A stretch of 64,000 bases of DNA from Candidatus Kerfeldbacteria bacterium (GCA_043813585.1 JBDRKW010000020.1:193185-257184); one strand, 5' to 3'. Positions 11,385 to 22,392 are shown, counted from the first letter of the stretch. The notes: a model not told the origin generated them from the letters alone. A program made the numbers and translations.

Positions 11385-12647
11385 TTAAAATAAATAACGA
11401 ATCCAAATGTATGCTGATGACAGCACCATTGTTATTATCATGACAGAAAAACCGATTTTAAAGAAGTCTCTGAATGTGAGCTTGTACCCTGCCTTTTCCG
11501 CAATGCCCGCACCGACAAGGTTGGCAGAAGCTCCCACCAAAGTGCCGTTGCCGCCCATGTCCGCACCGATTGCCAGTACCCACCATAACAATTGCGTGTT
11601 AACTCCGGACTCGCCCAGCTCATGGACAAGCGGAATCATGGTTGCGACAAACGGAATATTATCAATAAACGCGGAAAAAATTGCAGATCCCCACAGAATG
11701 GAAAAAATCATTGCATTCGGAGACCCTTGCGTGACATTGAGCAACTGTTGTGCAAGCACATCGATAAATCCGACATGCTCGATCCCGGCAACCAATACAA
11801 AAAGACCGGCAAAAAATAATATAGTCGTCCATTCAAGCTCTTTAAGGATTTCTTCCGGGTGGATATCAGAAATCACCAGCAGAAGCGCAGCGCCAAACAA
11901 CGCAACAGTGGCAGGTTCAAGATGAAGAAACCCATGCACCAAGAAACCCACGATCGTAAGCCCAAGCGCAATGAGCGACTTTATCAGTAATTTTTTATCC
12001 TTGATAGACGTCGAGGTATCAAACGCCATAATGCTTTGCTGCCGTTCTTTGGTGGTATGAAGATGCTTTCTATATATTAGGTATAAAAAGAAAAGTACAA
12101 ACGGCGTGAGAATAAGAATAAGCGGCCCTAAATTGATTACAAAATCCAAAAAGGTCAATCCGGCTGCAGATCCTATGAGGATATTCGGAGGGTCGCCGAT
12201 CAACGTAGCCGTACCGCCGATGTTGGACATAATGATCTCTGTAATCAGCAGCGGAAGCGGATTCATTCTTAAGTTGTTCGCAATAACAAACGTAACCGGT
12301 GCAATCAATAAAATAGTCGTCACATTATCGAGAAGCGCAGAAAAAACCGCCGTGATAACCGCGAAAAAAATAAAAATAAGCACCGGCTCGCCTTTTGCCA
12401 GCTTTGCAGAACGAATCGCAACATATTCAAAAAGCCCGGTCTTTTTCGTAATCAGCACAATAATCATCATGCCGATCAGCAAACCGATGGTATTGAAGTC
12501 GATCGCCTCAAATGCCTCTTCCTGGTTCAGGATGCCGAGCAGCACCATCAGCACACCACCGGCAAGCGCAACAGCTGTACGATGGATCCGCTCGGATACA
12601 ATAATTGCGTACGCAACGAGAAAAAGGATAACTGCAAGATAGAACAT
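11385..12647 (-). CDS. ArsB/NhaD-superfamily (SLC13/CitMHS-like) anion permease
   Basis: 420 aa, ~12 TM, duplicated halves with hairpin-like 'GGTATLIGDPPN' / 'GGNGTLVGASAN' motifs typical of the ArsB_NhaD permease fold. Confidence 0.7.
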   Translation of the reverse strand: MFYLAVILFLVAYAIIVSERIHRTAVALAGGVLMVLLGILNQEEAFEAIDFNTIGLLIGMMIIVLITKKTGLFEYVAIRSAKLAKGEPVLIFIFFAVITAVFSALLDNVTTILLIAPVTFVIANNLRMNPLPLLITEIIMSNIGGTATLIGDPPNILIGSAAGLTFLDFVINLGPLILILTPFVLFFLYLIYRKHLHTTKERQQSIMAFDTSTSIKDKKLLIKSLIALGLTIVGFLVHGFLHLEPATVALFGAALLLVISDIHPEEILKELEWTTILFFAGLFVLVAGIEHVGFIDVLAQQLLNVTQGSPNAMIFSILWGSAIFSAFIDNIPFVATMIPLVHELGESGVNTQLLWWVLAIGADMGGNGTLVGASANLVGAGIAEKAGYKLTFRDFFKIGFSVMIITMVLSSAYIWIRYLF

Positions 12648-12650
12648 AGT

Positions 12651-13124
12651 TTACTTTGATTCCGGATCGTCCTTAATACTCACAAGCGATGCCATTGCCC
12701 GTTTTATGTCAGTCCGCGATACAAGCCCGGCCAGCTCGCCTTTTTCATCAACAACCGGGATATACCGAAAATCATGTTTCGATGCCAAGGCCGCAGCAAT
12801 TATCATCCGGTCATCTTCCTTTACGGAAATCCCGTTCAAGTCCACCATCATATCCTTCACCTTCTTATGCAGCGATTTTGACAACGCTTTATAAAATACG
12901 CCATCCGGCTCAAAGCGCGCCAGGTCAGGATTTTCCAGCAGATACGATGGCACCATGTTTTTTATCAACATAAACGAATCGATCGCTCCAAGCGGTTTGT
13001 TATCCTTGTCGACAACAATCAAACCGTTCGTTTTATGCTCGATCATCGCTTCCAGAGCCTCACGAAAATCAGCTGAAGGGCTGATGGTGTAGACATTTCG
13101 TCGAATATGTTCGCTAACTAGCAT
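12651..13124 (-). CDS. CBS domain pair protein
   Basis: 157 aa, two CBS motifs (GLIVVDKDNKPLGAID..., IPVVDEKGELAGLVSRTDI). Confidence 0.8.
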   Translation of the reverse strand: MLVSEHIRRNVYTISPSADFREALEAMIEHKTNGLIVVDKDNKPLGAIDSFMLIKNMVPSYLLENPDLARFEPDGVFYKALSKSLHKKVKDMMVDLNGISVKEDDRMIIAAALASKHDFRYIPVVDEKGELAGLVSRTDIKRAMASLVSIKDDPESK

Positions 13125-13235
13125 ACTTTTTCTTTATTTAGTATTCTTCTCATGATAGTGCGAAGAACTAAGAATGTAAAGCGGGAAACCCCCAAAAAAT
13201 GGGGTTTTTGTTATCCACACGATAATAAAAAAAGC

Positions 13236-13264
13236 ACTATTGACGTCTGCCGGGCAACTCTGTA
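13236..13264 (+). promoter_or_regulatory. sigma70-like promoter of V/A-ATPase operon (TTGACG-N17-TAGAAT)
   Basis: near-consensus -35/-10 with 17-nt spacer ~70 nt upstream of the atpH start. Confidence 0.45.
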
Positions 13265-13334
13265 GAATAGACGCGGTTTGTCGCTAAAAACCAAAGCGCA
13301 GACAACTCTTGATAGTTGACTAATAATAAAAAAT

Positions 13335-13658
13335 ATGGCTGAAAATACATCGATTGTCGACCAAATTCGCGGGCAGGAACAGAAGAGTGAGGAAGCTATT
13401 GAAAAAGCAAAAGATGGCATCGAATTGGAGTTGCAGGATATGAGAATGGAGCATGAAAAAAGCCTTGGACAACTTGAAGAAGCAATAAAAAATGAAAAGG
13501 TTGCGATCCTGGAAACAGCAAAAGGATCTATTCAAAAGAAAAAGACGGCATCTGAAAAGAATCAAAAAACGCTGCTTGAAACGATCAATAATATATCTGC
13601 TAAAGATATAGATGCAGCAGCTGATATTGTTACTGCATCAATCCTTGAGCAGGCATAA
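13335..13658 (+). CDS. atpH: V/A-type ATP synthase subunit H (peripheral stalk, coiled coil)
   Basis: 107 aa, all-helical E/K/Q-rich protein, first gene of the H-I-K-E-C-F-A-B-D operon as in Enterococcus/Thermus-type operons. Confidence 0.6.
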   Translation: MAENTSIVDQIRGQEQKSEEAIEKAKDGIELELQDMRMEHEKSLGQLEEAIKNEKVAILETAKGSIQKKKTASEKNQKTLLETINNISAKDIDAAADIVTASILEQA

Positions 13659-13669
13659 CTACTGTTACT

Positions 13670-15622
13670 ATGGCCGTCAGTGAAGTCCAAAAAATACAGC
13701 TCGTCGCCCTCTCTAAATACAGAGACGGTATTATTGAGTTGCTCCAGGATATGGAGACTGTCGAGCTTATCGGTGAAACCGGCCATGAGGCGCTTATTCA
13801 GTCGCTTGAATATGATATTGCCCAGATTGACTTTGCAGTCCAGTTGATCGGCGAACACTACGAGGAAAAAATACCTTTTTTACAGAAACTCCGCGGTAAT
13901 AAGATTGAGATTACCAAGGAAGAGATGAAGAACGTGGTTGAAACTTTTGATTATAAAAAAATTACTGACGAGCTGACAGAAATCGATGCGAAATTGACTG
14001 AAGCCCGCAATATTATTTCAAAGGCCGGGGAGGAAATTGAGCTGCTGACCCCCTGGATCGCCTTACAAGTTTCACCGGTAGAATTTGAAAAAACTTCGTT
14101 AACCGGTGTTGTTCTCGGCATTTTTAAAACGGAGCAGTTCGACGAATTCAAGCAGAAAATCGCTGCGGTTTCATCGGAAATCGAAATCAATGTCGTATCG
14201 AAAAACGAAAAGTCGCTCTATGTGATGATTGTATTTTCAAATTCAGTCGGAGAAAAAATTACGCAACTTCTTGATGAAACAGATTTTGAAATGACCGACC
14301 TGCCGTATATTGAAGATCTTCCGAAAAACATCCTGGCAGAACTGAAAGAAAATATTGAAACAGCAAAAAAATCAGCTAAGGAATTTGAGGAAAAAATAAA
14401 GCACTACGGTTCGGAACTGTACCAGCTGCGCGTTGTTCGTGATTTCCTTTCATGGCAAAAGACCCAGAAGGAAACAGAACGATATATTGAAACTACAAAA
14501 AAATCATTCATCCTCCGGTTCTGGGTAGAAAAACGAAACCTCAAGATTCTTGAAAAGCACCTGACGAAAATCACGAATAATTACGTGCTAACCGAACTTG
14601 AACTGGACGAAGAAGAAGACATTCCAGTTCCGCTGCGAAACAGCGCACTATTCTCGCCATTTGAATCTGTCACCAACATCTACGGCGTACCGCGCAACAA
14701 TGAACCGGACCCTACGCCGTTTCTGGCCCCGTTTTTTGTGGTGTACTTCGGCCTGGCGCTTACGGACGCCGCATACGGTATTATGCTGGCACTTGGCGCA
14801 TTCCTTGCAATCAAAATACTAAAAATTCCAAAGCAGAATCAAAAACTCTTCAAAGTACTGATCTGGGGCGGTATTTCAACGTTCATTCTTGGCGCGTTAT
14901 TCGGGGGCTGGTTCGGAATTGATATTAATGTTGACAACCCTGTAGCAGACGCGCTCCGTTCAATCCGCATCCTTGATCCGCTCGCAAATCCAATTACTGT
15001 TCTCTTACTCACGCTTGTGCTTGGTATTTTCCAGGTCATGGTTGGCATCGGAATTAAAGGATGGTGGCTGATCAAGCAAAAAAATGTAAAGGACGCCATA
15101 ATGGATTCCGGCGTCTGGCTCTTCTTCCTCGGCAGCGCCTGCCTCTGGATTTTGGCAAACCAGGGAATCCTTCCTGACAGCACGCAACAAATCTTTCTCT
15201 ACATGATTTTGGCCGGCGTACTCGCACTCGTGGCAACGCAGGGCCGCAATAACAAGAATCCGTTCATGAAAATCCTCATGGGAATCGGCAGCCTGTACGG
15301 CCTGGTCGGTTATTTTTCCGATGTCCTCTCCTACTCCCGTCTGCTGGCGCTTGGCCTTTCAACGGCAATTATCGCTTCTGTCGTAAACCTTGTCGCGTTT
15401 TTGTTTAAGGATATGATTCCATGGGCCCCTCTGGGATGGGTCATCGCCATAGTCATTCTGATCGGCGGACATATTTTCAACCTGGCGATTAACGTCCTCG
15501 GCGCATACATCCATTCCGGACGTCTGCAGTTTGTTGAATTCTTCCCAAAATTTATGGAGGGCGGCGGCCGCCGTTTCAGGCCGTTGGCAAAAGAAAGCAA
15601 ATACGTCAGGCTGGTGGACTAA
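13670..15622 (+). CDS. atpI: V/A-type ATP synthase subunit I (a-subunit)
   Basis: 650 aa; soluble N-terminal half and C-terminal membrane domain with the conserved Arg helix 'LSYSRLLALGLS'. Confidence 0.9.
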   Translation: MAVSEVQKIQLVALSKYRDGIIELLQDMETVELIGETGHEALIQSLEYDIAQIDFAVQLIGEHYEEKIPFLQKLRGNKIEITKEEMKNVVETFDYKKITDELTEIDAKLTEARNIISKAGEEIELLTPWIALQVSPVEFEKTSLTGVVLGIFKTEQFDEFKQKIAAVSSEIEINVVSKNEKSLYVMIVFSNSVGEKITQLLDETDFEMTDLPYIEDLPKNILAELKENIETAKKSAKEFEEKIKHYGSELYQLRVVRDFLSWQKTQKETERYIETTKKSFILRFWVEKRNLKILEKHLTKITNNYVLTELELDEEEDIPVPLRNSALFSPFESVTNIYGVPRNNEPDPTPFLAPFFVVYFGLALTDAAYGIMLALGAFLAIKILKIPKQNQKLFKVLIWGGISTFILGALFGGWFGIDINVDNPVADALRSIRILDPLANPITVLLLTLVLGIFQVMVGIGIKGWWLIKQKNVKDAIMDSGVWLFFLGSACLWILANQGILPDSTQQIFLYMILAGVLALVATQGRNNKNPFMKILMGIGSLYGLVGYFSDVLSYSRLLALGLSTAIIASVVNLVAFLFKDMIPWAPLGWVIAIVILIGGHIFNLAINVLGAYIHSGRLQFVEFFPKFMEGGGRRFRPLAKESKYVRLVD

Positions 15623-15711
15623 CACCGGCACCTGATTTCTGTCTGTGACGCTGTCGCTGCCAGAAACCAGGTTTGACGCCTGGAAACGATCTAAATAACA
15701 AGATTAATTAA

Positions 15712-16197
<486 letters not shown>

Positions 16198-16201
16198 CCC
16201 G

Positions 16202-16771
16202 ATGGCTCTCAGCAACATTCTTCAGACAATTGAAGAAGACACGCAGAAGCAGATCGAGGAATTGAAAAAGGAAGGCGAACAGCGCAAAACAGAACTCCGC
16301 AAGGAACTGAACGCTGAAACGGAAAAGAAGAAGAAAGAACTGCTCGCCAAATTCGACCAGCGCGCGTCAAAAAAAATCGCCCAGGCATCGTGGGAATTTT
16401 CTTCACGCACCCAGACAGCGGTGCTGAAGAAGAAACAGGCGGTCCTGGATTCGGTATTCGACAAAGCGCTGAAGAATCTGGCTGACCTTCCCGAGAAACA
16501 ATACGTTGATGTGGTTGCATCGATGTTCAAGTCGCTCCCGAAAATGGAAAAGGGCGCAGAAGTGCTTTCAGCCAAGGGGAAGGAAAGCGCAACAAAAAAC
16601 TCTGCCGAAAAAGCGGGCGTATCAATCACCTTCTCCAAGGACACACTCGACAGTACCGGCGGCTTCATCGTCAAAGGCAAGGAAGTCAACATCGATATGA
16701 CCTTCGAAGCGCTGTTGCGCGCGTACCGTTCAGACCACGAGACCGATATTGCTTCTAAGCTGTTCGCATAA
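16202..16771 (+). CDS. atpE: V/A-type ATP synthase subunit E
   Basis: 189 aa starting MALSNILQTIEED..., long N-terminal charged helix plus C-terminal globular part; the ORF-track start at 16079 overlaps atpK out of frame and was rejected. Confidence 0.8.
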   Translation: MALSNILQTIEEDTQKQIEELKKEGEQRKTELRKELNAETEKKKKELLAKFDQRASKKIAQASWEFSSRTQTAVLKKKQAVLDSVFDKALKNLADLPEKQYVDVVASMFKSLPKMEKGAEVLSAKGKESATKNSAEKAGVSITFSKDTLDSTGGFIVKGKEVNIDMTFEALLRAYRSDHETDIASKLFA

Positions 16772-16777
16772 CGACCT

Positions 16778-17749
16778 ATGTCTCTCTATTCATTTCTCAC
16801 GGGTAAAATCCGGGTTCTGGAAAAGGACCTTCTGAACCAGATGGACGTCGACCGCATGGTCGATGCCCCGGATTTTGACGCTGCGTTCAAGGCGCTGAAT
16901 GACACGGACTACGGCTCGCATCTTCTGAATGTTGACCCTACGCAGTTCAAACAGGCGCTGGATTCGGAAACGCGCAGCGTCCGCGACCTGATGCTCCAAT
17001 GGATTGAAGAGCCGGCGCTGCTTGAATTCATGTTCATTAAGTTTGATGCGCATAACATCAAGCTTTACCTTAAGGCAAAAACAACCGGACAGGATGCCGC
17101 GATAACCGACGAATATGCCTCTCCTTCCGGCCTGACAGATCCTTCGCTCATTAAGAAGATTATTCTCGATGACGATTCTGAAACGGTGATCCATCCGACA
17201 ACCGATCAGATGTGGAAAGAAGTGCGCGACCGTCTCGGCAGCGAACCTACCGGATTCCAAATCGACTCTGTTGTGGACCTGGTCATGTTCGAAATCATGA
17301 ACGAGCGGGTGAACAAGGTTCCCGGTCCAATTGTCCGCCACCTCTACCAGATCCAGCGCGAAACTGCACTGGTGAAAACATTTGTCCGCGGCAAACTCCT
17401 GGGCACGCCGGCTGCAGAACTGAAACTCGTATTGCCGGATGAGTACCTGAAGCACTATGACCTCGATCTTGAACAGGCTGCGGAAATTCTGCCGATTGAA
17501 GTAAAGGTAAAAAAGGCGCTCGTGAACTACATCGAGAACAAGAGGCTCTGGGAATTTGAAAAGGAGCTGGAAGAAGCAGAACTCGCGGTTATCCGCGAGG
17601 CAAAATATGCGACATCCGGCCCGATGCCGGCGGTTGGCTACTTCTATGCCAAGCAAAGCGCCGTGCGCAACCTCCGCATGATTCTGACCGCCAAGATGAA
17701 CGGCATTCCGGCTGAAGAAATTAAACCGCGGGTCCGCCAACTCTACTAA
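16778..17749 (+). CDS. atpC: V/A-type ATP synthase subunit C (d-subunit homologue)
   Basis: 323 aa helical protein, position between E and F conserved. Confidence 0.85.
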   Translation: MSLYSFLTGKIRVLEKDLLNQMDVDRMVDAPDFDAAFKALNDTDYGSHLLNVDPTQFKQALDSETRSVRDLMLQWIEEPALLEFMFIKFDAHNIKLYLKAKTTGQDAAITDEYASPSGLTDPSLIKKIILDDDSETVIHPTTDQMWKEVRDRLGSEPTGFQIDSVVDLVMFEIMNERVNKVPGPIVRHLYQIQRETALVKTFVRGKLLGTPAAELKLVLPDEYLKHYDLDLEQAAEILPIEVKVKKALVNYIENKRLWEFEKELEEAELAVIREAKYATSGPMPAVGYFYAKQSAVRNLRMILTAKMNGIPAEEIKPRVRQLY

Positions 17750-17750
17750 T

Positions 17751-18071
17751 ATGAAAGACTATAAAATCGCCATTATCGGAACGCACGACTCCGTCCTTGG
17801 GTTCAAAGGGCTTGGGTTGGATGTGTTTGGCATTTCGTCAGAAGAAGAAGGCGAGCAGACGCTGAAACAGCTGGAACAATCAAACGACTATGCGGTCCTC
17901 TTCATTACGGAAGACTGGGTGCCGCGTCTTGAAAAATCATTAAGCAAATTCGAAGGCCGGGCGCTGCCCGCAATCCTCCCGATCCCGTCCCAAAAAGGCG
18001 CGACCGGAGAAGGCATTAAAAACCTTTCGCGGATTGTGGAGCAAGCAGTCGGTTCGGATATTATTGGATAG
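17751..18071 (+). CDS. atpF: V/A-type ATP synthase subunit F
   Basis: 106 aa 'MKDYKIAIIGTHDSVLGFKGLG' typical of subunit F; TAATATG junction with atpC. Confidence 0.8.
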   Translation: MKDYKIAIIGTHDSVLGFKGLGLDVFGISSEEEGEQTLKQLEQSNDYAVLFITEDWVPRLEKSLSKFEGRALPAILPIPSQKGATGEGIKNLSRIVEQAVGSDIIG

Positions 18072-18155
18072 GATGTATGGACTCGGAGTGAGTCCAATGA
18101 TGTACATCGAGTCGATACATTCTCTAAAATATCCCAAATAACGATAACTACACAT

Positions 18156-19904
18156 ATGAAGCAAGGAACAATTACAAAAGTAGCAGGAGCGCTCATACTC
18201 GCCGAAGGCATGGCTGATGCGAAGCTGTTCGAGGTGGTAAAAGTATCGGAGGAAAAACTTGTCGGCGAAGTCATTGAGCTTCACGGCGACACCGCATCTA
18301 TCCAGGTATATGAAGAAACAGCAGGCATTGGTCCCGGCGAACCGGTCTACCTCACCGGCCAGTCCCTTTCCGTGGAACTTGGCCCCGGCTTGCTGGAATC
18401 CATCTATGACGGCATTCAGCGGCCGCTCGCCGCTATTGAAGCGCAGGCAGGTCCGTTTATCACACGTGGCATTGAAGCTCCCGGTTTGGACCGCAATCGG
18501 AAATGGAAATTCGTGCCGGTAGTGAAAAAAGGCGATGAGGTCGTCGGCGGCGATGTTCTTGGCACGGTTGATGAAACCACGCTGATTCAGCACAAAGTCA
18601 TGGTACCGCCAACACTGTCCGGCAAAATCAAAGATATTAAGGAAGGTGAATTCACGGTTGAAGATGTGGTTGCCGTTCTGGAATCCGGCGAAGAAATCCA
18701 GATGATGCAGCGGTGGTCAATTCGCGAAGCACGCCCTGTTAAGGAAAAACTGCTGGCAACCGAACCGCTGGTCACCGGCACACGCGTTATCGACACTTTT
18801 TTCCCGATTTTGAAAGGAAGCGCCGGCTGCTCCCCTGGCCCGTTCGGTTCAGGCAAGACCGTGACGCAGCATCAGATCGCAAAATGGTCTGACGCGGACG
18901 TCATTCTGTTTATCGGTTGCGGCGAACGCGGAAATGAAATGACCGACGTGCTGATTGAGTTCCCGGAACTGAAGGACCCGAAATCAGGCGAGCCGCTCAT
19001 GAAGCGCACGATCCTGATCGCTAACACCTCAAACATGCCGGTGGCTGCCCGCGAAGCTTCAGTCTACACCGGTATCACCATCGCCGAATACTACCGCGAT
19101 ATGGGCTATAAAGTCGCCCTCATGGCTGACTCCACATCGCGCTGGGCAGAAGCAATGCGCGAAATGTCCGGACGCCTCGGAGAAATGCCCGGTGAAGAGG
19201 GCTATCCGGCGTATCTTGGCTCGCGCACGGCAGCGTTCTACGAACGTTCCGGTTATGTAAAAACCATCGGTGGCGACGACCGTGAAGGTTCGCTGACTGT
19301 TATTGGAACAGTCTCCCCTCCAGGCGGCGACCTGTCCGAGCCGGTGACGCAGAATACATTGCGCGTTGTCAAAGTTTTCTGGGCGCTTGATGCAACGCTT
19401 GCATACGCACGCCACTATCCGGCAATTAACTGGCTGAACAGCTATTCACTGAACATCGACCAGACAAACGAATATATGGATAAAGAAGGCGGCGACGGTT
19501 TTGTCGCTTACCGGACCGAAGCAATGAAAATCCTGCAGGAAGAAGCGGGGCTTCAGGAAATCGTCCGATTGGTCGGACTTGACTCACTTTCTTACCGGGA
19601 ACAGCTTCTTCTCGAAACCGCGAAACAGATTCGCGAGGACTTCCTGCAACAGAATGCATTTGACGATACAGACGCATTTTCATCCATTAAGAAAATGTAT
19701 CTGATGCTAAAGGCAATCCTGACCTTCTACAGCCACGGCAAGGACGCAGTCGAACGCGGCGTGAGCATCAGCCAGCTGCGCGAACTGCCGGTGACCAAGG
19801 ATATTGCACGAGCAAAGAGCATCCCTGAAGACAAGCTTGGCGACCTGGAGAAGCTGATTGACACCATCAGCTCGTCAGTCGACGCCCTTCAAGCCCAAGA
19901 ATAA
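18156..19904 (+). CDS. atpA: V/A-type ATP synthase catalytic subunit A
   Basis: 582 aa; P-loop 'GPFGSGKTV', non-homologous region insert, 'PPGGD' motif. Confidence 0.97.
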   Translation: MKQGTITKVAGALILAEGMADAKLFEVVKVSEEKLVGEVIELHGDTASIQVYEETAGIGPGEPVYLTGQSLSVELGPGLLESIYDGIQRPLAAIEAQAGPFITRGIEAPGLDRNRKWKFVPVVKKGDEVVGGDVLGTVDETTLIQHKVMVPPTLSGKIKDIKEGEFTVEDVVAVLESGEEIQMMQRWSIREARPVKEKLLATEPLVTGTRVIDTFFPILKGSAGCSPGPFGSGKTVTQHQIAKWSDADVILFIGCGERGNEMTDVLIEFPELKDPKSGEPLMKRTILIANTSNMPVAAREASVYTGITIAEYYRDMGYKVALMADSTSRWAEAMREMSGRLGEMPGEEGYPAYLGSRTAAFYERSGYVKTIGGDDREGSLTVIGTVSPPGGDLSEPVTQNTLRVVKVFWALDATLAYARHYPAINWLNSYSLNIDQTNEYMDKEGGDGFVAYRTEAMKILQEEAGLQEIVRLVGLDSLSYREQLLLETAKQIREDFLQQNAFDDTDAFSSIKKMYLMLKAILTFYSHGKDAVERGVSISQLRELPVTKDIARAKSIPEDKLGDLEKLIDTISSSVDALQAQE

Positions 19905-19922
19905 GTAAACAGATTCACATAT

Positions 19923-21323
19923 ATGGAAAAACAGTACAAAACAATCAGAGATGCGGCCGGCCCGCTCGTTGTGGTGGACAAAGTCGCAGATGTGAAATAC
20001 GAGGAGCTTGTCGACATTGAAATGCAGGACGGCAGCATGAAGCGCGGCCGCGTGCTTGAAATCGATAAGGATCGCGCCGTCGTGCAGATGTTTGAAGACA
20101 CGCGCGATATCAACCTTGAAGGTTCAACAGCAACCTTCCTGGGAAAAACCATGGACATCGGCGTTTCGCCGGACATGCTTGGCCGTGTATTCAACGGTTC
20201 CGGCAACCCGAAAGACGGCGGACCGGCTATTATTCCGGAAAAGAAGCTCGACATTAACGGCGCTCCGATCAATCCGTATTCCCGCAACTTCCCGAGCGAC
20301 TTTATCCAAACCGGCGTATCTGCCATTGACGGCATGACTACGCTCGTGCGCGGACAGAAGCTGCCGGTATTCTCCGGCGCCGGCCTACCGCATAACGAAC
20401 TAACAGCGCAAATCGCCAGGCAGGCAAAAGTCGTTTCATTCAACGACAAAGGCGAACAGACGGACAGCGACCAGAAATTCGCCGTGGTATTCGGCGCCAT
20501 GGGCGTGACGTTTGAAGAGGCGCAATTCTTCATCAACGAATTCAAGGAGACAGGCGCTATTGAACGCGCAGTGGTCTACATCAACCTGGCAGATGATCCT
20601 GTGGTTGAGCGCATTACCCTGCCCCGCATTGCCCTGACAACGGCAGAATACCTTGCTTACGAAAAAGACATGCACGTATTGGTCATTTTGACCGACCTTA
20701 CCAACTATTGCGAGGCGCTGCGTGAAATTTCCGCCGCTCGCAAGGAAATCCCTGGCCGCCGCGGTTATCCGGGCTACCTCTACACCGACCTTGCAACACT
20801 GTATGAACGTGCAGGACGCATTAAAGGCAAAGAAGGCTCGGTAACCCAGATTCCTATCCTGACGATGCCTGAAGACGATAAAACGCATCCGATCCCTGAC
20901 CTTACCGGGTATATTACCGAAGGACAGGTCATGATTTCGCGCGAATTGCATAAGAAGGACCTCTATCCGGCCATTGACGTACTGCCGTCGCTGTCCCGCC
21001 TGATGCAGGGCGTGGCCGGCAAGGTAACGCGCGAAGACCACGCAAACGTCAAAGACCAGCTGTTTGCGGCATACGCCCGCGGCAAGGAAGCGCGCGAACT
21101 CGCCATCATTCTCGGTGAAGCCGCATTATCGGACGCTGACAAGAAATATGTTGAATTTGCCGAACGGTTCGAGAAGGAATATATGGCGCAGGACCGCGAC
21201 ACCGACCGGTCGCTGACTGAAACGCTGAATATCTCGTGGGATCTCCTGTCGATCCTTCCAAAGTCAGAACTGAAGCGCGTGAAGGAAGAATTCATCGAAA
21301 AATACGGCAAGGCTAGCAAATAA
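19923..21323 (+). CDS. atpB: V/A-type ATP synthase subunit B
   Basis: 466 aa regulatory subunit, degenerate P-loop 'SGAGLPHNE'. Confidence 0.97.
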   Translation: MEKQYKTIRDAAGPLVVVDKVADVKYEELVDIEMQDGSMKRGRVLEIDKDRAVVQMFEDTRDINLEGSTATFLGKTMDIGVSPDMLGRVFNGSGNPKDGGPAIIPEKKLDINGAPINPYSRNFPSDFIQTGVSAIDGMTTLVRGQKLPVFSGAGLPHNELTAQIARQAKVVSFNDKGEQTDSDQKFAVVFGAMGVTFEEAQFFINEFKETGAIERAVVYINLADDPVVERITLPRIALTTAEYLAYEKDMHVLVILTDLTNYCEALREISAARKEIPGRRGYPGYLYTDLATLYERAGRIKGKEGSVTQIPILTMPEDDKTHPIPDLTGYITEGQVMISRELHKKDLYPAIDVLPSLSRLMQGVAGKVTREDHANVKDQLFAAYARGKEARELAIILGEAALSDADKKYVEFAERFEKEYMAQDRDTDRSLTETLNISWDLLSILPKSELKRVKEEFIEKYGKASK

Positions 21324-21325
21324 CA

Positions 21326-21985
21326 ATGGCTCAATTATTGAACGTTAATCCAACCCGCCAGGAGCTCCTGAAGCTGAAGCGCAAACGGAAAATGGCCGTG
21401 CGCGGCCACAAGCTGCTTAAGGAAAAACGCGACGGCCTGATGAAGCAGTTCATGGCGATTATCCGCGAGGCGAAGGAGCTGCGCGGAAACATGGAAGAAA
21501 CGCTCGGCGAGGCGTTCAAGAGCTTTGTATTTGCCTCTGCTGTCATGCGTTCAGACGCAATGGAAGAGGCGCTGTCCATGCCTGCAAAAAAGGTGACGCT
21601 GCAGTCGGAGACCAAGAATGTCATGAGCGTCAACATCCCGCAGTTCGAGTATAAGGAAGAAGGCGGATTCCTATCATACTCGCTTGGAACCACCGCTTCC
21701 GACCTTGATGATTCCCTGAATACGTTCAATGATGCGCTGAAAGGCATGGTGAAGCTCGCGGAGATTGAACATTCGGCAAAATTGCTGGCAGAAGAGATCG
21801 AAAAAACGCGCCGACGTGTGAACGCCCTTGAATACGTTTTTATACCGCAAATCGTGGATACGATTAAATATATCCAGGCCAAGCTGAACGAACAGGAGCG
21901 CGGCACGATTGTCACCATGATGAAAGTTAAAGACATTCTCAACCAACAGGAACAGAAAGAAAAAGAGGCAAAGCAAGCCGCGTAA
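21326..21985 (+). CDS. atpD: V/A-type ATP synthase subunit D (central stalk)
   Basis: 219 aa coiled-coil 'LLKLKRKRKMAVRGHKLLKEKRD'. Confidence 0.9.
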   Translation: MAQLLNVNPTRQELLKLKRKRKMAVRGHKLLKEKRDGLMKQFMAIIREAKELRGNMEETLGEAFKSFVFASAVMRSDAMEEALSMPAKKVTLQSETKNVMSVNIPQFEYKEEGGFLSYSLGTTASDLDDSLNTFNDALKGMVKLAEIEHSAKLLAEEIEKTRRRVNALEYVFIPQIVDTIKYIQAKLNEQERGTIVTMMKVKDILNQQEQKEKEAKQAA

Positions 21986-22005
21986 AAGAGCGCCAGACGC
22001 AATTC

Positions 22006-22030
22006 AAAAACCGCCTTGTGGGCGGTTTTC
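22006..22030. terminator. rho-independent (bidirectional) terminator after V/A-ATPase operon
   Basis: AAAACCGCC-ttgtg-GGCGGTTTT perfect 9-bp stem flanked by A- and T-runs. Confidence 0.65.
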
Positions 22031-22036
22031 TAGTAC

Positions 22037-22390
22037 CTATTGGTCAGATATGACCGAGCCGACCGGATATGAGCTAACGACTTTCCTGTCCCTGGAAACG
22101 AGACAACGAAACTTCTCTTCGCCCTCAAGCTGTACAACCAGAACTGGTTGCGTTACTTTGCTTAAATCCTTGTCTGGATCAGTACGAAACTCGACTGGTA
22201 TCTGACCACTCTTATCATACCTCGCCGCATAATCTGCCTCTGCATACCCGATAACTTCACCCTTCCTTCCAGCATAATCGCCTGTCAGCTGTATCTGTGA
22301 ACCGACTGGGTATTCACGCCGAAGTGCCATCGCCTTTGATTCGGTGAAGGTATCGCTCTCTGGCCCTCGCTTCTTTTTGTACATAATCAT
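22037..22390 (-). CDS. hypothetical protein (possible Hva1/tudor- or KOW-like small beta domain)
   Basis: 117 aa; 'GSQIQLTGDYAGRKGEVIGY...YDKSGQ' loosely resembles DUF2945/Hva1_TUDOR; weak. Confidence 0.35.
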   Translation of the reverse strand: MIMYKKKRGPESDTFTESKAMALRREYPVGSQIQLTGDYAGRKGEVIGYAEADYAARYDKSGQIPVEFRTDPDKDLSKVTQPVLVVQLEGEEKFRCLVSRDRKVVSSYPVGSVISDQ

Positions 22391-22392
22391 AT

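Noticed and set aside
16790-17740. 316-aa minus-strand ORF
   Set aside because: It lies entirely antisense within atpC. The product has atypical composition and no homology, so it is a shadow ORF.
21331-22002. 223-aa minus-strand ORF
   Set aside because: It is antisense to atpD and is a shadow ORF.
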